This document shows positions 1-11,560 of a DNA stretch of 64,000 nt, piece after piece. Origin of the DNA: Escherichia phage Ecwhy_1; the sequence record MH791411.1, one strand, 5' to 3'. Position 1 is the first letter of the stretch. Each line of letters starts with the position of its first letter. Under the pieces are notes generated by a model. The model worked only from the letters and a program-made list of their open reading frames with translations, was not told the DNA's origin and searched no databases. Position numbers and translations under genes: made by a program.

Positions 1-1473
1 AATGGAAATGAAGTTCTTGTTATGATTAACATCAAATATACTGCTGAAACCTGGGAATTTGATGCGAATGGCGTTGAATATGTGTTCGTTGGTGGTGATA
101 AAGTTCGTTTTTACTTCGTTTCTTCTAAAAAGATAACTGATATTAGTACTGGTAGTGTTCAAAGTGACAAAATTGAAATTTTATCATCAAATACCACAAG
201 CAATAGTAATGCTGGGTTGACAAGTAACATAGATTTCCAAATTTATGACACAATTCAACAAGAAAACGGGTATCTTGATGGTTCTCGTGTGGTTATCACC
301 TCTGAAAACGTTGATAGTAATGGAATCCCACTAGAACCTAATCAATTCAGAGAAATTGTACCAAATTGGACTGGTGAAGATTCAGTTAAATATGGTGGTA
401 TATTGGTTTTCCAAGAAAACGATGATTTCACTATATCAGTACTGTCATTACCGAATGATACTTTCACTATTCTTGATTCTTCATGGGCTTATACAATGGA
501 TCAAGCACTTGCAGAAACTAATGCGTATAAGAGAAGTGAATTTGTTCGCAACAATGCTATTCGATCAACAACATTGAGTGGTATCTATAGTAAAGGTTCA
601 GGCTTTATAGTTGGCTTTAACTATGATGGTAAATATTACTTCATTGAACAAACTGTTGGTAATAATAATGACCGTTTAAACCAATTAATTGAGAACTTGA
701 CCTATTCTGATGATACAACTGCTGCAACTCCTGAACTTGCGTTTTATCGTGCTATTGTTAATATCGGTACTAATGCTGATGTTAACCAAAAGTTAGATTA
801 TTATGGTTATAAAGATGTAACTTCACAATATACCGTAAAAACGAATGCAAGAACTGGTATTGATTTCCACTGGAAACATTATGCACCAGATGATAATCGC
901 ATTGACCCAAGTAGAACAAACTTGATTGACATGTATGTATTAACCAATTCATACAAAACTGAAGTTGATGTATGGTTGAAGAATGGAACACAAGGTAATA
1001 TGCCTAAACCGCCAACATCTGTTGAATTGAAAGACATTTTTAAAGAAGTTGAACAAAAAATAGTCATCAGTGACAGTATTATTTGGCATAGTGCAGAATA
1101 TCTACCATTATTTGGTGCGAGTGCTGCTGAAGATTATAAAGCAGATTTTAAAGTCGTCAAATTGCCTAACAGTACAATGAGTGATGATGAAATTCGTCAA
1201 AATGTCGTAGCACTAACTAACGAGTATTTTAATGTTGACAACTGGGATTTTGGTGAAAGTTTCTATTACACAGACTTGTGTACATACATTCATTCCCAAT
1301 TAGGACGACATATTAGTACTATTGTTATCGTAGCTCAAAACCCTAACTCTAAATTTGGCTCACTATTTGAAATCCCTTCACGTTCTGACCAGATTTTCTT
1401 AAGTACTGCATCAGTTGATAACGTACAGATAGTCAATTCCTTGGCTAAGAGTAACATTAACATTGGTTCATAA
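1..1473 (+). CDS. Structural protein, 5'-truncated; hypothetical, possibly fibre or tail associated
   Basis: ORF-track frame stays open back to base 1 (NGNEVLV...) so the gene starts upstream of the window. Long ORF with consistent codon usage; contains a DGKYYF motif related to the GDYYY motif in the downstream fibre-like proteins; followed by a hairpin terminator. Confidence 0.6.
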   Translation, partial: NGNEVLVMINIKYTAETWEFDANGVEYVFVGGDKVRFYFVSSKKITDISTGSVQSDKIEILSSNTTSNSNAGLTSNIDFQIYDTIQQENGYLDGSRVVITSENVDSNGIPLEPNQFREIVPNWTGEDSVKYGGILVFQENDDFTISVLSLPNDTFTILDSSWAYTMDQALAETNAYKRSEFVRNNAIRSTTLSGIYSKGSGFIVGFNYDGKYYFIEQTVGNNNDRLNQLIENLTYSDDTTAATPELAFYRAIVNIGTNADVNQKLDYYGYKDVTSQYTVKTNARTGIDFHWKHYAPDDNRIDPSRTNLIDMYVLTNSYKTEVDVWLKNGTQGNMPKPPTSVELKDIFKEVEQKIVISDSIIWHSAEYLPLFGASAAEDYKADFKVVKLPNSTMSDDEIRQNVVALTNEYFNVDNWDFGESFYYTDLCTYIHSQLGRHISTIVIVAQNPNSKFGSLFEIPSRSDQIFLSTASVDNVQIVNSLAKSNINIGS

Positions 1474-1480
1474 CACATTA

Positions 1481-1507
1481 AGGCGTTCTTCGGAACGTCT
1501 TTTTTAT
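1481..1507 (+). terminator. Rho-independent terminator
   Basis: aggcgttc-ttcg-gaacgtct hairpin (8-bp stem, one mismatch) followed by TTTTTT, directly after the stop of the first ORF. Confidence 0.6.
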
Positions 1508-1553
1508 ATCATAAATAAATCAAATGAATGAACGAATTATATGGAGTCCAAAA

Positions 1554-4500
1554 ATGACTAATAATTTTAAGTTTCAACCTACACAGATGGCTGAAGCAGT
1601 ACAGAAGAAGCTTTTCATAAAAAGATTGCCTGAGTGGATGCAAGGCTTAGAAGATATTCAGAAAGTCAGTGATGATGTTATCCAACAATGGTTTAATCCG
1701 GCTGAAAACGAATTAGTTGACGGCTACATTGGTGACATGGGTTCTCCGGCAGCAGCAGGGAACATCTTCTTACACGAGTCAACAGTCGCACGTCAACTAT
1801 ATCAGTTGTCCACTGCGTATGTCTCAAGAAATGATGACTCCAGCATTCGTTCAATTCAATTTTATGATGATCTAGTTGGCTATATGAATCATTACGGTGC
1901 ACTAACCGAAAATGAAAGCCGTTTGTTTAATGGTAAGTTCTATTCATGGACCCCACCAATTAACCCAAATAAAATGAACAACTACAGTTCATACCTATGG
2001 GATTCCAAGAATAGCTATAATATCACAACTCCAGATTATATTGTAATGGAACGTGGTGCAGAAAATGGTAACACTTGGTCACTACAAAACTTCTGGTACA
2101 CATTAGGTGAAACTTTAGAAGATGGTACTATCCTAACTGAAGAACTAATGCAAGATTCCCGTTTTGTTCGTGCTCGTGCACCAATTATCGAATACAATAA
2201 AAATATCGAACTAATGAACTACGGTACTAAATTCCGTGGGACAGTTGATTTGTTCTCTGATATTATTAAACCTGAAGATATCGTACAAAAAGATATTAAC
2301 AGCGGTATACGTATTGATGGTATTATTCCACAAGATGGTATGCGTATTCTTTTCACCAGTATTGGTAACAATGGTGAAAACAACCGAATTTATAAAGTAT
2401 ATGTTAAACGTATGCAAGATGGAACACGTGTGTATGGTCTAGCATTAGATCCAGACGAAGAATCTGAAAGCCGTCCGAGTGGTGAACCACAAGATGGTGA
2501 CGTAGTTCTTATTATCAAAGGTAATGAATTTGGTAACAGTTCCATGTATTGGGACGGTTCTCATTGGATTCAAGCACAGTCTAAAACTTCTGTGAACGTA
2601 TTTCCACAATTCCAATTGTATGACCGTAATGGTGTTAAACTAAACAACACTACTACCTATCCATCAAGTACTTTTACTGGTTCTTCACTATTTGGTTTTA
2701 AAATTAACTATAATTATGCAACTGATAGCGTTTATGGTTATAATATTGAACTAGGTGATTACAATTATTACACATATGAGAATTTCCTACAATCAACTCG
2801 TTATACTTACGAGCATTTGGGTGTGGAAGTTGAAATTGATGGACTATATTACTATAACGTAATTGGTGAAGGTAATACAATGAACCTAGAAACTGATTGG
2901 GTTCGTAGTACTGAATACTCCAAACAATATGTTAAACAAACTCCACAGGTTGAACGTACAGTAATGTTCCGCGTGTTCAGTACTGTTTATGACATGGAAA
3001 GTTTCAAAGACCCAGTTGAAGGAATGTATGCTTATGTAATTGAAGTTGACAGAACTTATCAATATTACAAAGCAGAACGTGAAACATATCTTGATTGGCA
3101 TGTTATCGTTGGTGATGGGGTACAAAGCGTTAAGTACAATCATACATTTGAATTGGCACAAAAAGTACTAGATAATTCTGATGATATTATCGAACTAGTT
3201 GTTGATGGTGTGGAAATAAAAGAATACACCAAAACTGTAGTTAATAATCAAGTACAAAGTATTACAATTGATAGCTCTGTTGATTTGGATGAAGATTCTG
3301 TTGTACAAATCAGAACTTATAGTAGCACTATCACTCCTAATAAAGAGTTGGGTGCATATGAAGTTCCAATTAACCTACAAAATAACCCATATAATTCAAA
3401 CATTGAATACATCAACCAAGGTGATTACACCCTGCACTTCCAAGATATTATTCAAAAGAATATTACATCTGGTTCTGCTGATGACTTTAACAATTACGAA
3501 GAACGTTTGGCTGCTGGTTTGGTTAATAATGGTGTAGGCACTAAAATTATTCAAAACGAAGCGTCCATGTTACCACTAATGGCACATACCGCTAATGAAG
3601 ATATTGATTTGTTTGAATCAATCATGTTTATGCAAGCAGAATACTTCCGCTTCATTAACAAGTTCAACACTCAAATGCTTCGTTTGTATGAAGAAGACCC
3701 AAGTGCTTTTCTTGGTAATAGTGCATCAAACATCGTAGATGCGATTCTAACAGCTATTAATATGGGACGTGATAGTACATTCCCATTCTACTATGACAAC
3801 GTTGCAAGCACTGCTGGGTTTATTCGTGCATTTGTCCCACCAACTCCACAGTTCTTGGGTATTTTGCAAGCTTATACACCACAAAAAGCAACATTCTTAA
3901 CTGCTGGTAGTAAATCTAGCTGTTATAATATCAGTCATACTGGTATTATTTCAAAAGCATACCGTGTTATCAATGGTGTTGATAAAATGGATGACGTAGT
4001 TTTTGAATTGGAAAATCGTATCTTTAATAGTATTGATCTTACTTTCAAGGATATTGATTATAAACCAGTACTAAACAGTGAAGACCTATTCCCAACTCCA
4101 TATTTCACTGGTACTGATTATAGTGCAGAAGAAAAGAAAACTCTATTACTACGTGGTTACATTAACTTCACAGCAACCAATGGCATTAGTAACAGTACTC
4201 ATGATTATGATGCAAATAACTGGAGAACTTGGAACTATACTGGTAGTTATTATGTTGTTGATGGTCAACGTACTGAAATTCCTGCTCGTGGTTCATGGCG
4301 TGCAATCTATACTGACCAATATGGCACATATCGTCCAGCAACCCATCCGTGGGAAATGATGGGCTTCTCTCAACGTCCTACTTGGTGGAACCAAGAATAC
4401 GAACCAACCGCAGTTCAAGTTGGTGAACGTGAGGGTGATGTTGTTTATGTGTATGAAGCACTAGTAATGAATGAAAATGGTGATTTGGTCCCAAGTGGAT

Positions 4501-7500
4501 TGTGGGATATTGATGGTACTATCGGTGATAGCAGTACTGGTACTATTTTGTCAGGTGAACGCCGTGGTCAATATGACAAATACAAGCGTTTCGGTGTACA
4601 GCCATTTAAAATCACTAAGACTGGCGAGAAAACCAGTACTGGTATTGATATTTGTGAAGTTGAGTATATTGCACCTGAAGTTTTAGGTCTTGTTAGTGGT
4701 AATTTAGATCATCGTGCAGAACCGTGGTCTTATGGTGACATGGGTGACATGGAATTCACTTACATGAACACTGCGATGTTTGCTTATGACCAAATGCTTC
4801 TTCTATACAAAGCAAAACCAGCACAGTTTGCAAACTATTACTGGGATACCCGTAATGATAACCTTAAACCAGTTTATACTGATGGTTCACAGTTCCTTTA
4901 TGGTGAAACTCGTAAGCGTCTAAACTTTGACAGTACTACATTAGTACATGGTGAGAAAAACACCCGTACTATCGGTTATCAAATGTTTGTTAGTGACTAT
5001 TTGATGTATCAGAATAAGAACATTACCACCAAATACGGTGACGTTGTTCGTTCTTCTTATGTCAATGTCGCTCACAAAATTGGTGGCTTTACTAAAGCAG
5101 ACCAATTGACATTCACTGCTAAATCTTTCGGTTTGATTTCACAAGAAAACCAAACTATCGGTCTAGTTCGTTCCAATAACATTCGCGATGAGCAAATGAG
5201 TGCAGTAAAAATTACTTGGAATGGTAGTGCATATCAAATTGATGGTTATGATTTAGTTGGTGCTAAATTTAAATATAAAATTCCAGTTAAAAATGGAAGA
5301 AAAGTAACTCTTAAATTGGAAGACAGAACTGTTGTTCATTACAATGAATGGAAATCTGAAGGTACATTAGAATATGGTAAAATATTCAATACATACCAAG
5401 AAGTTTATACTTTCATTTGTGGATATGGTGAATATCTAAAAGAACATGGCTGGATTTTTGAAGATGTAAATGATAGTGGTACTCAACAAGACTGGACAAC
5501 TATTGCTAAAGACTTTGTTATTTGGAGTCAGAATAATTTAAGTACTGGTGAGTTCATCTCCTGCACTCCAAGTGCAGCTAATGCTAAATTTGGTGCGGAT
5601 TTTGGTTCAGTTCAATCTGTTACACAGAATAGTGGTGGTGTTTGGTCACTACTCGATGATGAAAACCAAGGTATCCGTCAATATGAAATCGAAACTTCGC
5701 GTATCGGTAACGTATTCACAGTGAGAACTACATCTGAATCACAAAAACGTATGGCGTTGATTCGTTTGAGCCTAAGTTCATATGAACACGCAGTTGTTTT
5801 TGATGATAAAACTATCTTTGGTGATTACATTTACCAACCAACTTATGGTGCTATTCAAGAATTGATTAAAATGTATGGTTACATTACTGGGTCATGGACT
5901 GGTCGCCTACAAGCACCTGGTTTCATTATCCTAGAAGCAGGAACTTTACCATCATTTGAAAAATTAGTAACTGATTTTGAATTATATTATAATAGTGAAA
6001 CTCCTGTGAGTGATGTTCAGCTTCAAGAGTTATCAAATCACTTGATTGGCTATCAAACTCGTGATTATCTACAACGTATGATTAGTAGTGATGTTAGTCG
6101 TGTTGATTTCTATAAAGGATTCATTCATGACAAAGGTACTAACCAAGTAATGGAAAAAGTACTACGCGTTTCTAAATCTTACGACACTGATGAATATAAA
6201 GCACTTCAGGAATGGGCATTTAAGATTGGTACTTATGGTAATATCAATGGTAAGAAAAATCTACAATTTAAACTAATCAATGACCAATTTAAACAACAAC
6301 CACAGATGGTTTCGTTTGATGTTAATGCTACATCAAATGGTACTGGTAATGGTATTGTTTATTACGGTGAACAAGGGGTTGACTCACGCTGGATTACTCG
6401 TCCAAATGGTAAGTTTTCATTCCCAATGCGTAGTGGAAGAAGTGAGAATATCCAACTTCCAGACATTGGTCCTGTAACACTAGATGAAATTTCATACGTT
6501 ACTAAAGATTTCAGTACTGCATATAATGATCGTATCAATTATATGAATAACAGTGGTGAAATCCCAGATTCTGTATGGATGTTTAAAGATGGTAATGATT
6601 TGTGGAATATTTTCGAACTAGTAGACACTGAAGTTGAGATGCTCTCTATCGTTCCAATTGAAAATACCGATGTATATGCAGAACAATTCTGTAAAGTAAC
6701 TCTAAGTGATGATATCCCACTAAATGATGGTGATTATTATTACTTTGTTGATGAAACTAACTTTATGCCAGATACATTGACTATAGAAAGTCAATATTAT
6801 ACTGCGGGTAATGACCCTAGAGTTATGGTAGTTCCGTTTGACACTTCAATCACTATTGACTTCACTGATCCTGATACTCGCCCACGCTTGTATCGTTATG
6901 TTTCACGATTCAGTACTGAAGAGATGCGTCAGGAATACATTGACAGAAAATATAGTTTTAAAGCTCCACAAAGTACTTTGTTTGACCGCCCAACCACATA
7001 TGATGAGCGTACTAACATTACTGCGTTGTACCTAAACGTGTTTGACCCAATCAACGGTGTTATTCCTGGTGCAGCGATGCAGAACGTTACCTACACATCT
7101 CCAGTTGACCCAGCACAATACAACAGCAATGGTGAATTGATTCAAGCATGGGGTGCTGATAAAGTTGGTCAGGTTTGGTGGAACACCAGCACTGCTTTCT
7201 ACTTAGATTACACTCGTGCAATCTATGATGCTGATGGTAATGTGGATGTTGATGCAACAAATGAATATAAACGTTATAACTGGGGCAGATTGCTACCGCA
7301 CAGTACTGTTGATGTTCTTGAATGGGTATGTTCACCAGTTGAACCATATAACTGGGACAAATACTGCAAAGACGTTGCTAACAAAAATAAAAACAACACT
7401 ATGTACCTACCAAGCGGAACCGCATTGGAAGATAATTATAGTACGTTCTTAGAATATGATAGCACAACTGATACTTATGTTACAAAATACTATTTCTGGG

Positions 7501-10500
7501 TTCGTGATACAATCTATGTACCACCATTGCATTCCAGAACTAAATCTTGTACTGATATTGCTCGTATTATTAAAGAACCAGCACAGCTTAACATTCCTTG
7601 GTTTGCACCAATCAATGAAAGCTCGTTCATTCTAAGTAATATGCAATTTGAAGTCAACGATGACACAAGTATTTTAACTGTTTCTTATTACATGGATAAT
7701 ACTGAAGTTATTAAACATGACCAGTATCAATTATGTAAAGAAGGTGATAGCTATAACTTCAATCCATCAATCTGGACTTCTATGTGGAATTCTATGATTG
7801 GTCAAGAAACTACTGAATCAGGAACTGTTATTGATTTACTATATCCTTTAGTACCAAACGGTTTAGGTTCTAATAAGACTTGGTTCCAAGATGTAATTGA
7901 AGCTCGTAGAAACTTTGTAGAAAGTGCAAATAACTATTATCGCTCACAGAATATAACAACTAACACTGTTCTAATGGACGAAGTGTTTAATGTTAAAACT
8001 ACTGAAGTTAACCCGAATGAAGTATCATATCGTGTACTAACTTACAATAGTGAATTAGTCATTGCACCTGAAAGTGACAAGTTCAAAGAAAACGACGCAG
8101 TACTAGTAAGTACTAGTGGTGTATTACCTAACCCACTATCAACTAGCTCTGTATATTTTGTGCATATTGATGCTAATGGTTATATTCATCTAATGAATAG
8201 TCCATCAAGTGCTGGTAGTGTGGTTACCATTACATTGGAAAACCGTGGTGAAGGTCAACAGAAAATGATTAAACAATCAGACTATGTTGAAGCACTAGGA
8301 ACTTCATTGGACATGACCCAGTACTGGTCACTAGCAGATTGGTATGATATTGGCTACGATAAAAATACTGCATATACACAAGAATCCAGCCTAGAAGATG
8401 CAAACACTAAGAACTATCAAGTTGGTGACATTATCAGAATTACAGATGTTGATGGCATCTGGACATTGTACATTAAAGCACAATCACGTGATTCAGTTTA
8501 CTGGAAAGCAATTGGTCGTGAAAATAGTACAGTTGAATTGAATGATATGTTATACGCTGACTATACAGTTCGTGATGCTAATGGTTCGTTGAGTAATCGT
8601 GAGATTAACGTTCGTAAAGCACTAGCTTTATTGAAGAACTCATTCGACTTACATCAGAGTGAAATTGTGTTTGATATGGTTAAGTATGTTCACGTAGAAC
8701 AAAGCGTTGTTGATTGGGTATTCAAAACATCTTACATTTATATTGTAGGTTTAGAACAATCATTAGTACAGAACTATTCCAACGACAACTTGATTAATCA
8801 AATCGTTGAGTACTTTGAAGAAGTTAAACCATATAGAACTAAGATTCGTTCCCAGATTGAACAGAAAACTTCAGATGATGATTTAATTAAAGGTTTGTGT
8901 AATGATTTAGATCCTAATGGCTATATATTTGCAGATGGGACTTGGGTTAAAACGGAAAAAGACATTTGGGATTATGAATATGCTCAATTCAATGAGGTAA
9001 CTCAACGTTGGGAGCAAGTTGGTGAATTGCCAAGTGATTTCGTAACACCTAATCGCCGTTTCCAAGAAATTGATGTTATCATGCACTACGACAACACTCA
9101 ATGTAAACCAAATGATAATTTGGCAAGTGTTGATGTATTGGAAGAAGTGAATAAGAAATATCAATCTAATGCACAAGATGTTGTTAGTAATTTTGAATTA
9201 CAACGTTACAAATATACATTCCCAGAATACAGTGATGAAGATTTCGACCTATTGGTTGCTTATCAGATGCAATTGTATTACCCAGAATTGAACGTAACTC
9301 TAGGGATTGCTTACGGTGTTAACCAATGGTATGCAGACCATGCAGATGATTTGGTAGCAACCGCAGAATTCACAGAAACGTTGAATCGTGTATATAAAGA
9401 ATCAACACAAAATGAAATGTTTAATGACGTAAATCATTATGTTCAGTATAACACACTCTCTAACCGTTTGAAATTGTACACAGGTGCAGATGATGAAGTA
9501 ATTCATGATGAGGTTGGATGTGGATTTAGTGGGTTAACCTATGATGATAATCCAAGCACCAGACTACCGTTTGGTTATGCATCCAGTACTGATTATAACT
9601 TTGGTTACTTTGAAGTTAGTAGTGAGTTGTATAAAAAGTATGTTTCTTTAATTAAAGAAAACAATACTACTGCAACTGATGATGAAGTTAGAATTATACT
9701 TGAAGTTGAATATGGTGTTTATTCATATCGCCATGTAGATGAAGATGGAAATCAACGATTCTACAATGACGCAATTCATGTATTGTCTGGTATGCGTGGT
9801 TTGTATGACAAAGATGCTACCGACCATTATGAAAAGGCTGAAGAAATACTAAGTAGAATGCCTATTGATATTCATGCATTTACTATGATGCCACGAAAAT
9901 ATGTTTATGTTAATGTTAATGGTGTATACGAGAGTATCCCAGATGACCAAAGCATTGATGATTTCATGGAAGACAAATTCATAACTGACGGTCAACTAGT
10001 TCAATTGGCAGAAATAAATCTTGATGACTTACCTCTTGATAGAAATAACCCAATGTACAGTGATTATCAGCACATCCTAGATAGCATCACCGATGCTAAG
10101 TACTACGATGATATGAATGCATTTGATAACCTAGCACTTGAATCACAAACTTCCGAGTTAAAATGGGAAGTTGAAGGTGACGAAGTAGATCCGTACATAA
10201 TCGACATTTCTGATATTAACCCATCAGGAAGAAAGATTGGTCAGATTCGCTTCACAGTTGATGGTTATGGATTCAATAGTGTTTCACTAGTTCAATTGAG
10301 AGACAATAGTAGATATAAAACTGAAGGTATGGTTATCATCAACCCTTATAAAACAACAGAAGCAATTGTTAGTATTCCTTCTTACGCTAAGATTGAAAAT
10401 GATATTAGTAAATCATACAGTAAGTATGATGAAAAATACTTCTATAAAATTAAATCAATTGTTAGTGATACAGAAGCTGAAGTAATTGACAATACCCTAT

Positions 10501-11525
10501 CTGATGGTGATAAGGTTATGATATTCACAACTGATGGTGAAGATTATGTGAGATACCAAAACAATGCATGGGAAACCATCTTGAGTGTATCAAAAATCAA
10601 AACTGACACCACACCAACCTTGTACACAGTAAGAAACACTGCGAACGGAACTGTAGAACTACTAGATAGTACTGGAGTTGTACTTCGTTATGATAACATC
10701 ACTAAACAACAACAGAATGAACCAGCAATACCTCTAGCATTGAACATCGTTCGTATTAGAACCTTTGCTGATCCAGAATTCTTGGTTGATGGTGTTAAGT
10801 TGTATGAAACAAATAGAAACTATGCTATCGACGCAATGAACTATGAAGTATTCTACGACACAACACTATACGGTGGTTCTTATAATGATGGAATTACACC
10901 AGATGACGTTGATGTTTGGGTAGTGTCTAACGAGATATTTGAAGTTGATGGTGTTACCATTGATAACGGATATAACTTACCAATTACTGGTGCAGGTGTT
11001 CTTAGTGAGTTAGTGAGAACCAAAATGACTGATAGTGTGGAAATTAACGTGTTCGAGTATGATGTTGGTATTATTCAACCAGTACTGAATACTGAAGGGG
11101 TATGGGAATATGCATATCCACTAGTTAGTGATACATATATTGGTGTAGTTGGTGGAACCGTAACTAACATTACTGCTATCAGTGAAGAAAATACTACTTA
11201 TGTTTCACAACCAGATTCAGTTAGTCCATATAGTGTTACTAATAATGTTCTATCTGGTGCTGGTGCAAGTATGAATGATATTATTTCTCTTGGTTTTGAA
11301 AAAGTTGAAGTACGTTTTGCAAATAACTTACTCCGTGGGGTAATGTATAGTGCAGAACACGACTTTAAAGAGAATGTGACATATTCATTTAATGGCTTGA
11401 ACTTAGGTAAAGTTAATTTACTAAAACGTTATAGTGTTAACAGTTATCCAATCGAACTATCTGTTTACTCCGATAGTTTGCAAATAAGTGGTACTGACAT
11501 TAAAAATCTATTAGAAGTTAAATAA
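1554..11525 (+). CDS. Giant protein of about 3,320 aa; putative virion (tail/baseplate or fibre-associated) protein of unknown function
   Basis: One uninterrupted ORF of about 10 kb. The likely start is the ATG at 1554, which has GGAG 10 nt upstream (tggagtccaaaaATGact); the ATG at 1524 has no ribosome-binding site. Sits among structural genes and contains the DGDYYYFVDE motif shared with neighbouring fibre-like proteins. Internal antisense ORFs are short and AT-biased. Confidence 0.8.
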   Translation: MTNNFKFQPTQMAEAVQKKLFIKRLPEWMQGLEDIQKVSDDVIQQWFNPAENELVDGYIGDMGSPAAAGNIFLHESTVARQLYQLSTAYVSRNDDSSIRSIQFYDDLVGYMNHYGALTENESRLFNGKFYSWTPPINPNKMNNYSSYLWDSKNSYNITTPDYIVMERGAENGNTWSLQNFWYTLGETLEDGTILTEELMQDSRFVRARAPIIEYNKNIELMNYGTKFRGTVDLFSDIIKPEDIVQKDINSGIRIDGIIPQDGMRILFTSIGNNGENNRIYKVYVKRMQDGTRVYGLALDPDEESESRPSGEPQDGDVVLIIKGNEFGNSSMYWDGSHWIQAQSKTSVNVFPQFQLYDRNGVKLNNTTTYPSSTFTGSSLFGFKINYNYATDSVYGYNIELGDYNYYTYENFLQSTRYTYEHLGVEVEIDGLYYYNVIGEGNTMNLETDWVRSTEYSKQYVKQTPQVERTVMFRVFSTVYDMESFKDPVEGMYAYVIEVDRTYQYYKAERETYLDWHVIVGDGVQSVKYNHTFELAQKVLDNSDDIIELVVDGVEIKEYTKTVVNNQVQSITIDSSVDLDEDSVVQIRTYSSTITPNKELGAYEVPINLQNNPYNSNIEYINQGDYTLHFQDIIQKNITSGSADDFNNYEERLAAGLVNNGVGTKIIQNEASMLPLMAHTANEDIDLFESIMFMQAEYFRFINKFNTQMLRLYEEDPSAFLGNSASNIVDAILTAINMGRDSTFPFYYDNVASTAGFIRAFVPPTPQFLGILQAYTPQKATFLTAGSKSSCYNISHTGIISKAYRVINGVDKMDDVVFELENRIFNSIDLTFKDIDYKPVLNSEDLFPTPYFTGTDYSAEEKKTLLLRGYINFTATNGISNSTHDYDANNWRTWNYTGSYYVVDGQRTEIPARGSWRAIYTDQYGTYRPATHPWEMMGFSQRPTWWNQEYEPTAVQVGEREGDVVYVYEALVMNENGDLVPSGLWDIDGTIGDSSTGTILSGERRGQYDKYKRFGVQPFKITKTGEKTSTGIDICEVEYIAPEVLGLVSGNLDHRAEPWSYGDMGDMEFTYMNTAMFAYDQMLLLYKAKPAQFANYYWDTRNDNLKPVYTDGSQFLYGETRKRLNFDSTTLVHGEKNTRTIGYQMFVSDYLMYQNKNITTKYGDVVRSSYVNVAHKIGGFTKADQLTFTAKSFGLISQENQTIGLVRSNNIRDEQMSAVKITWNGSAYQIDGYDLVGAKFKYKIPVKNGRKVTLKLEDRTVVHYNEWKSEGTLEYGKIFNTYQEVYTFICGYGEYLKEHGWIFEDVNDSGTQQDWTTIAKDFVIWSQNNLSTGEFISCTPSAANAKFGADFGSVQSVTQNSGGVWSLLDDENQGIRQYEIETSRIGNVFTVRTTSESQKRMALIRLSLSSYEHAVVFDDKTIFGDYIYQPTYGAIQELIKMYGYITGSWTGRLQAPGFIILEAGTLPSFEKLVTDFELYYNSETPVSDVQLQELSNHLIGYQTRDYLQRMISSDVSRVDFYKGFIHDKGTNQVMEKVLRVSKSYDTDEYKALQEWAFKIGTYGNINGKKNLQFKLINDQFKQQPQMVSFDVNATSNGTGNGIVYYGEQGVDSRWITRPNGKFSFPMRSGRSENIQLPDIGPVTLDEISYVTKDFSTAYNDRINYMNNSGEIPDSVWMFKDGNDLWNIFELVDTEVEMLSIVPIENTDVYAEQFCKVTLSDDIPLNDGDYYYFVDETNFMPDTLTIESQYYTAGNDPRVMVVPFDTSITIDFTDPDTRPRLYRYVSRFSTEEMRQEYIDRKYSFKAPQSTLFDRPTTYDERTNITALYLNVFDPINGVIPGAAMQNVTYTSPVDPAQYNSNGELIQAWGADKVGQVWWNTSTAFYLDYTRAIYDADGNVDVDATNEYKRYNWGRLLPHSTVDVLEWVCSPVEPYNWDKYCKDVANKNKNNTMYLPSGTALEDNYSTFLEYDSTTDTYVTKYYFWVRDTIYVPPLHSRTKSCTDIARIIKEPAQLNIPWFAPINESSFILSNMQFEVNDDTSILTVSYYMDNTEVIKHDQYQLCKEGDSYNFNPSIWTSMWNSMIGQETTESGTVIDLLYPLVPNGLGSNKTWFQDVIEARRNFVESANNYYRSQNITTNTVLMDEVFNVKTTEVNPNEVSYRVLTYNSELVIAPESDKFKENDAVLVSTSGVLPNPLSTSSVYFVHIDANGYIHLMNSPSSAGSVVTITLENRGEGQQKMIKQSDYVEALGTSLDMTQYWSLADWYDIGYDKNTAYTQESSLEDANTKNYQVGDIIRITDVDGIWTLYIKAQSRDSVYWKAIGRENSTVELNDMLYADYTVRDANGSLSNREINVRKALALLKNSFDLHQSEIVFDMVKYVHVEQSVVDWVFKTSYIYIVGLEQSLVQNYSNDNLINQIVEYFEEVKPYRTKIRSQIEQKTSDDDLIKGLCNDLDPNGYIFADGTWVKTEKDIWDYEYAQFNEVTQRWEQVGELPSDFVTPNRRFQEIDVIMHYDNTQCKPNDNLASVDVLEEVNKKYQSNAQDVVSNFELQRYKYTFPEYSDEDFDLLVAYQMQLYYPELNVTLGIAYGVNQWYADHADDLVATAEFTETLNRVYKESTQNEMFNDVNHYVQYNTLSNRLKLYTGADDEVIHDEVGCGFSGLTYDDNPSTRLPFGYASSTDYNFGYFEVSSELYKKYVSLIKENNTTATDDEVRIILEVEYGVYSYRHVDEDGNQRFYNDAIHVLSGMRGLYDKDATDHYEKAEEILSRMPIDIHAFTMMPRKYVYVNVNGVYESIPDDQSIDDFMEDKFITDGQLVQLAEINLDDLPLDRNNPMYSDYQHILDSITDAKYYDDMNAFDNLALESQTSELKWEVEGDEVDPYIIDISDINPSGRKIGQIRFTVDGYGFNSVSLVQLRDNSRYKTEGMVIINPYKTTEAIVSIPSYAKIENDISKSYSKYDEKYFYKIKSIVSDTEAEVIDNTLSDGDKVMIFTTDGEDYVRYQNNAWETILSVSKIKTDTTPTLYTVRNTANGTVELLDSTGVVLRYDNITKQQQNEPAIPLALNIVRIRTFADPEFLVDGVKLYETNRNYAIDAMNYEVFYDTTLYGGSYNDGITPDDVDVWVVSNEIFEVDGVTIDNGYNLPITGAGVLSELVRTKMTDSVEINVFEYDVGIIQPVLNTEGVWEYAYPLVSDTYIGVVGGTVTNITAISEENTTYVSQPDSVSPYSVTNNVLSGAGASMNDIISLGFEKVEVRFANNLLRGVMYSAEHDFKENVTYSFNGLNLGKVNLLKRYSVNSYPIELSVYSDSLQISGTDIKNLLEVK

Positions 11526-11560
11526 CAAAAAGGAGAGCAAATGCTCTCCTTTTCTTTTTT
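11526..11560. terminator. Bidirectional intrinsic terminator
   Basis: AAAAA-aggagagc-aaat-gctctcct-TTTCTTTTTT; perfect 8-bp stem with an A-run on one side and a T-run on the other, lying between the convergent giant gene (+) and the ClpA-like gene (-). Confidence 0.8.

Noticed and set aside
356-1067. Small ORFs (62-73 aa) nested in or opposite to the first structural gene. Similar nested ORFs occur in the giant gene (e.g. 2886-3161, 7087-7347).
   Set aside because: All are embedded in long well-supported ORFs, lack RBS, and have biased low-complexity translations.
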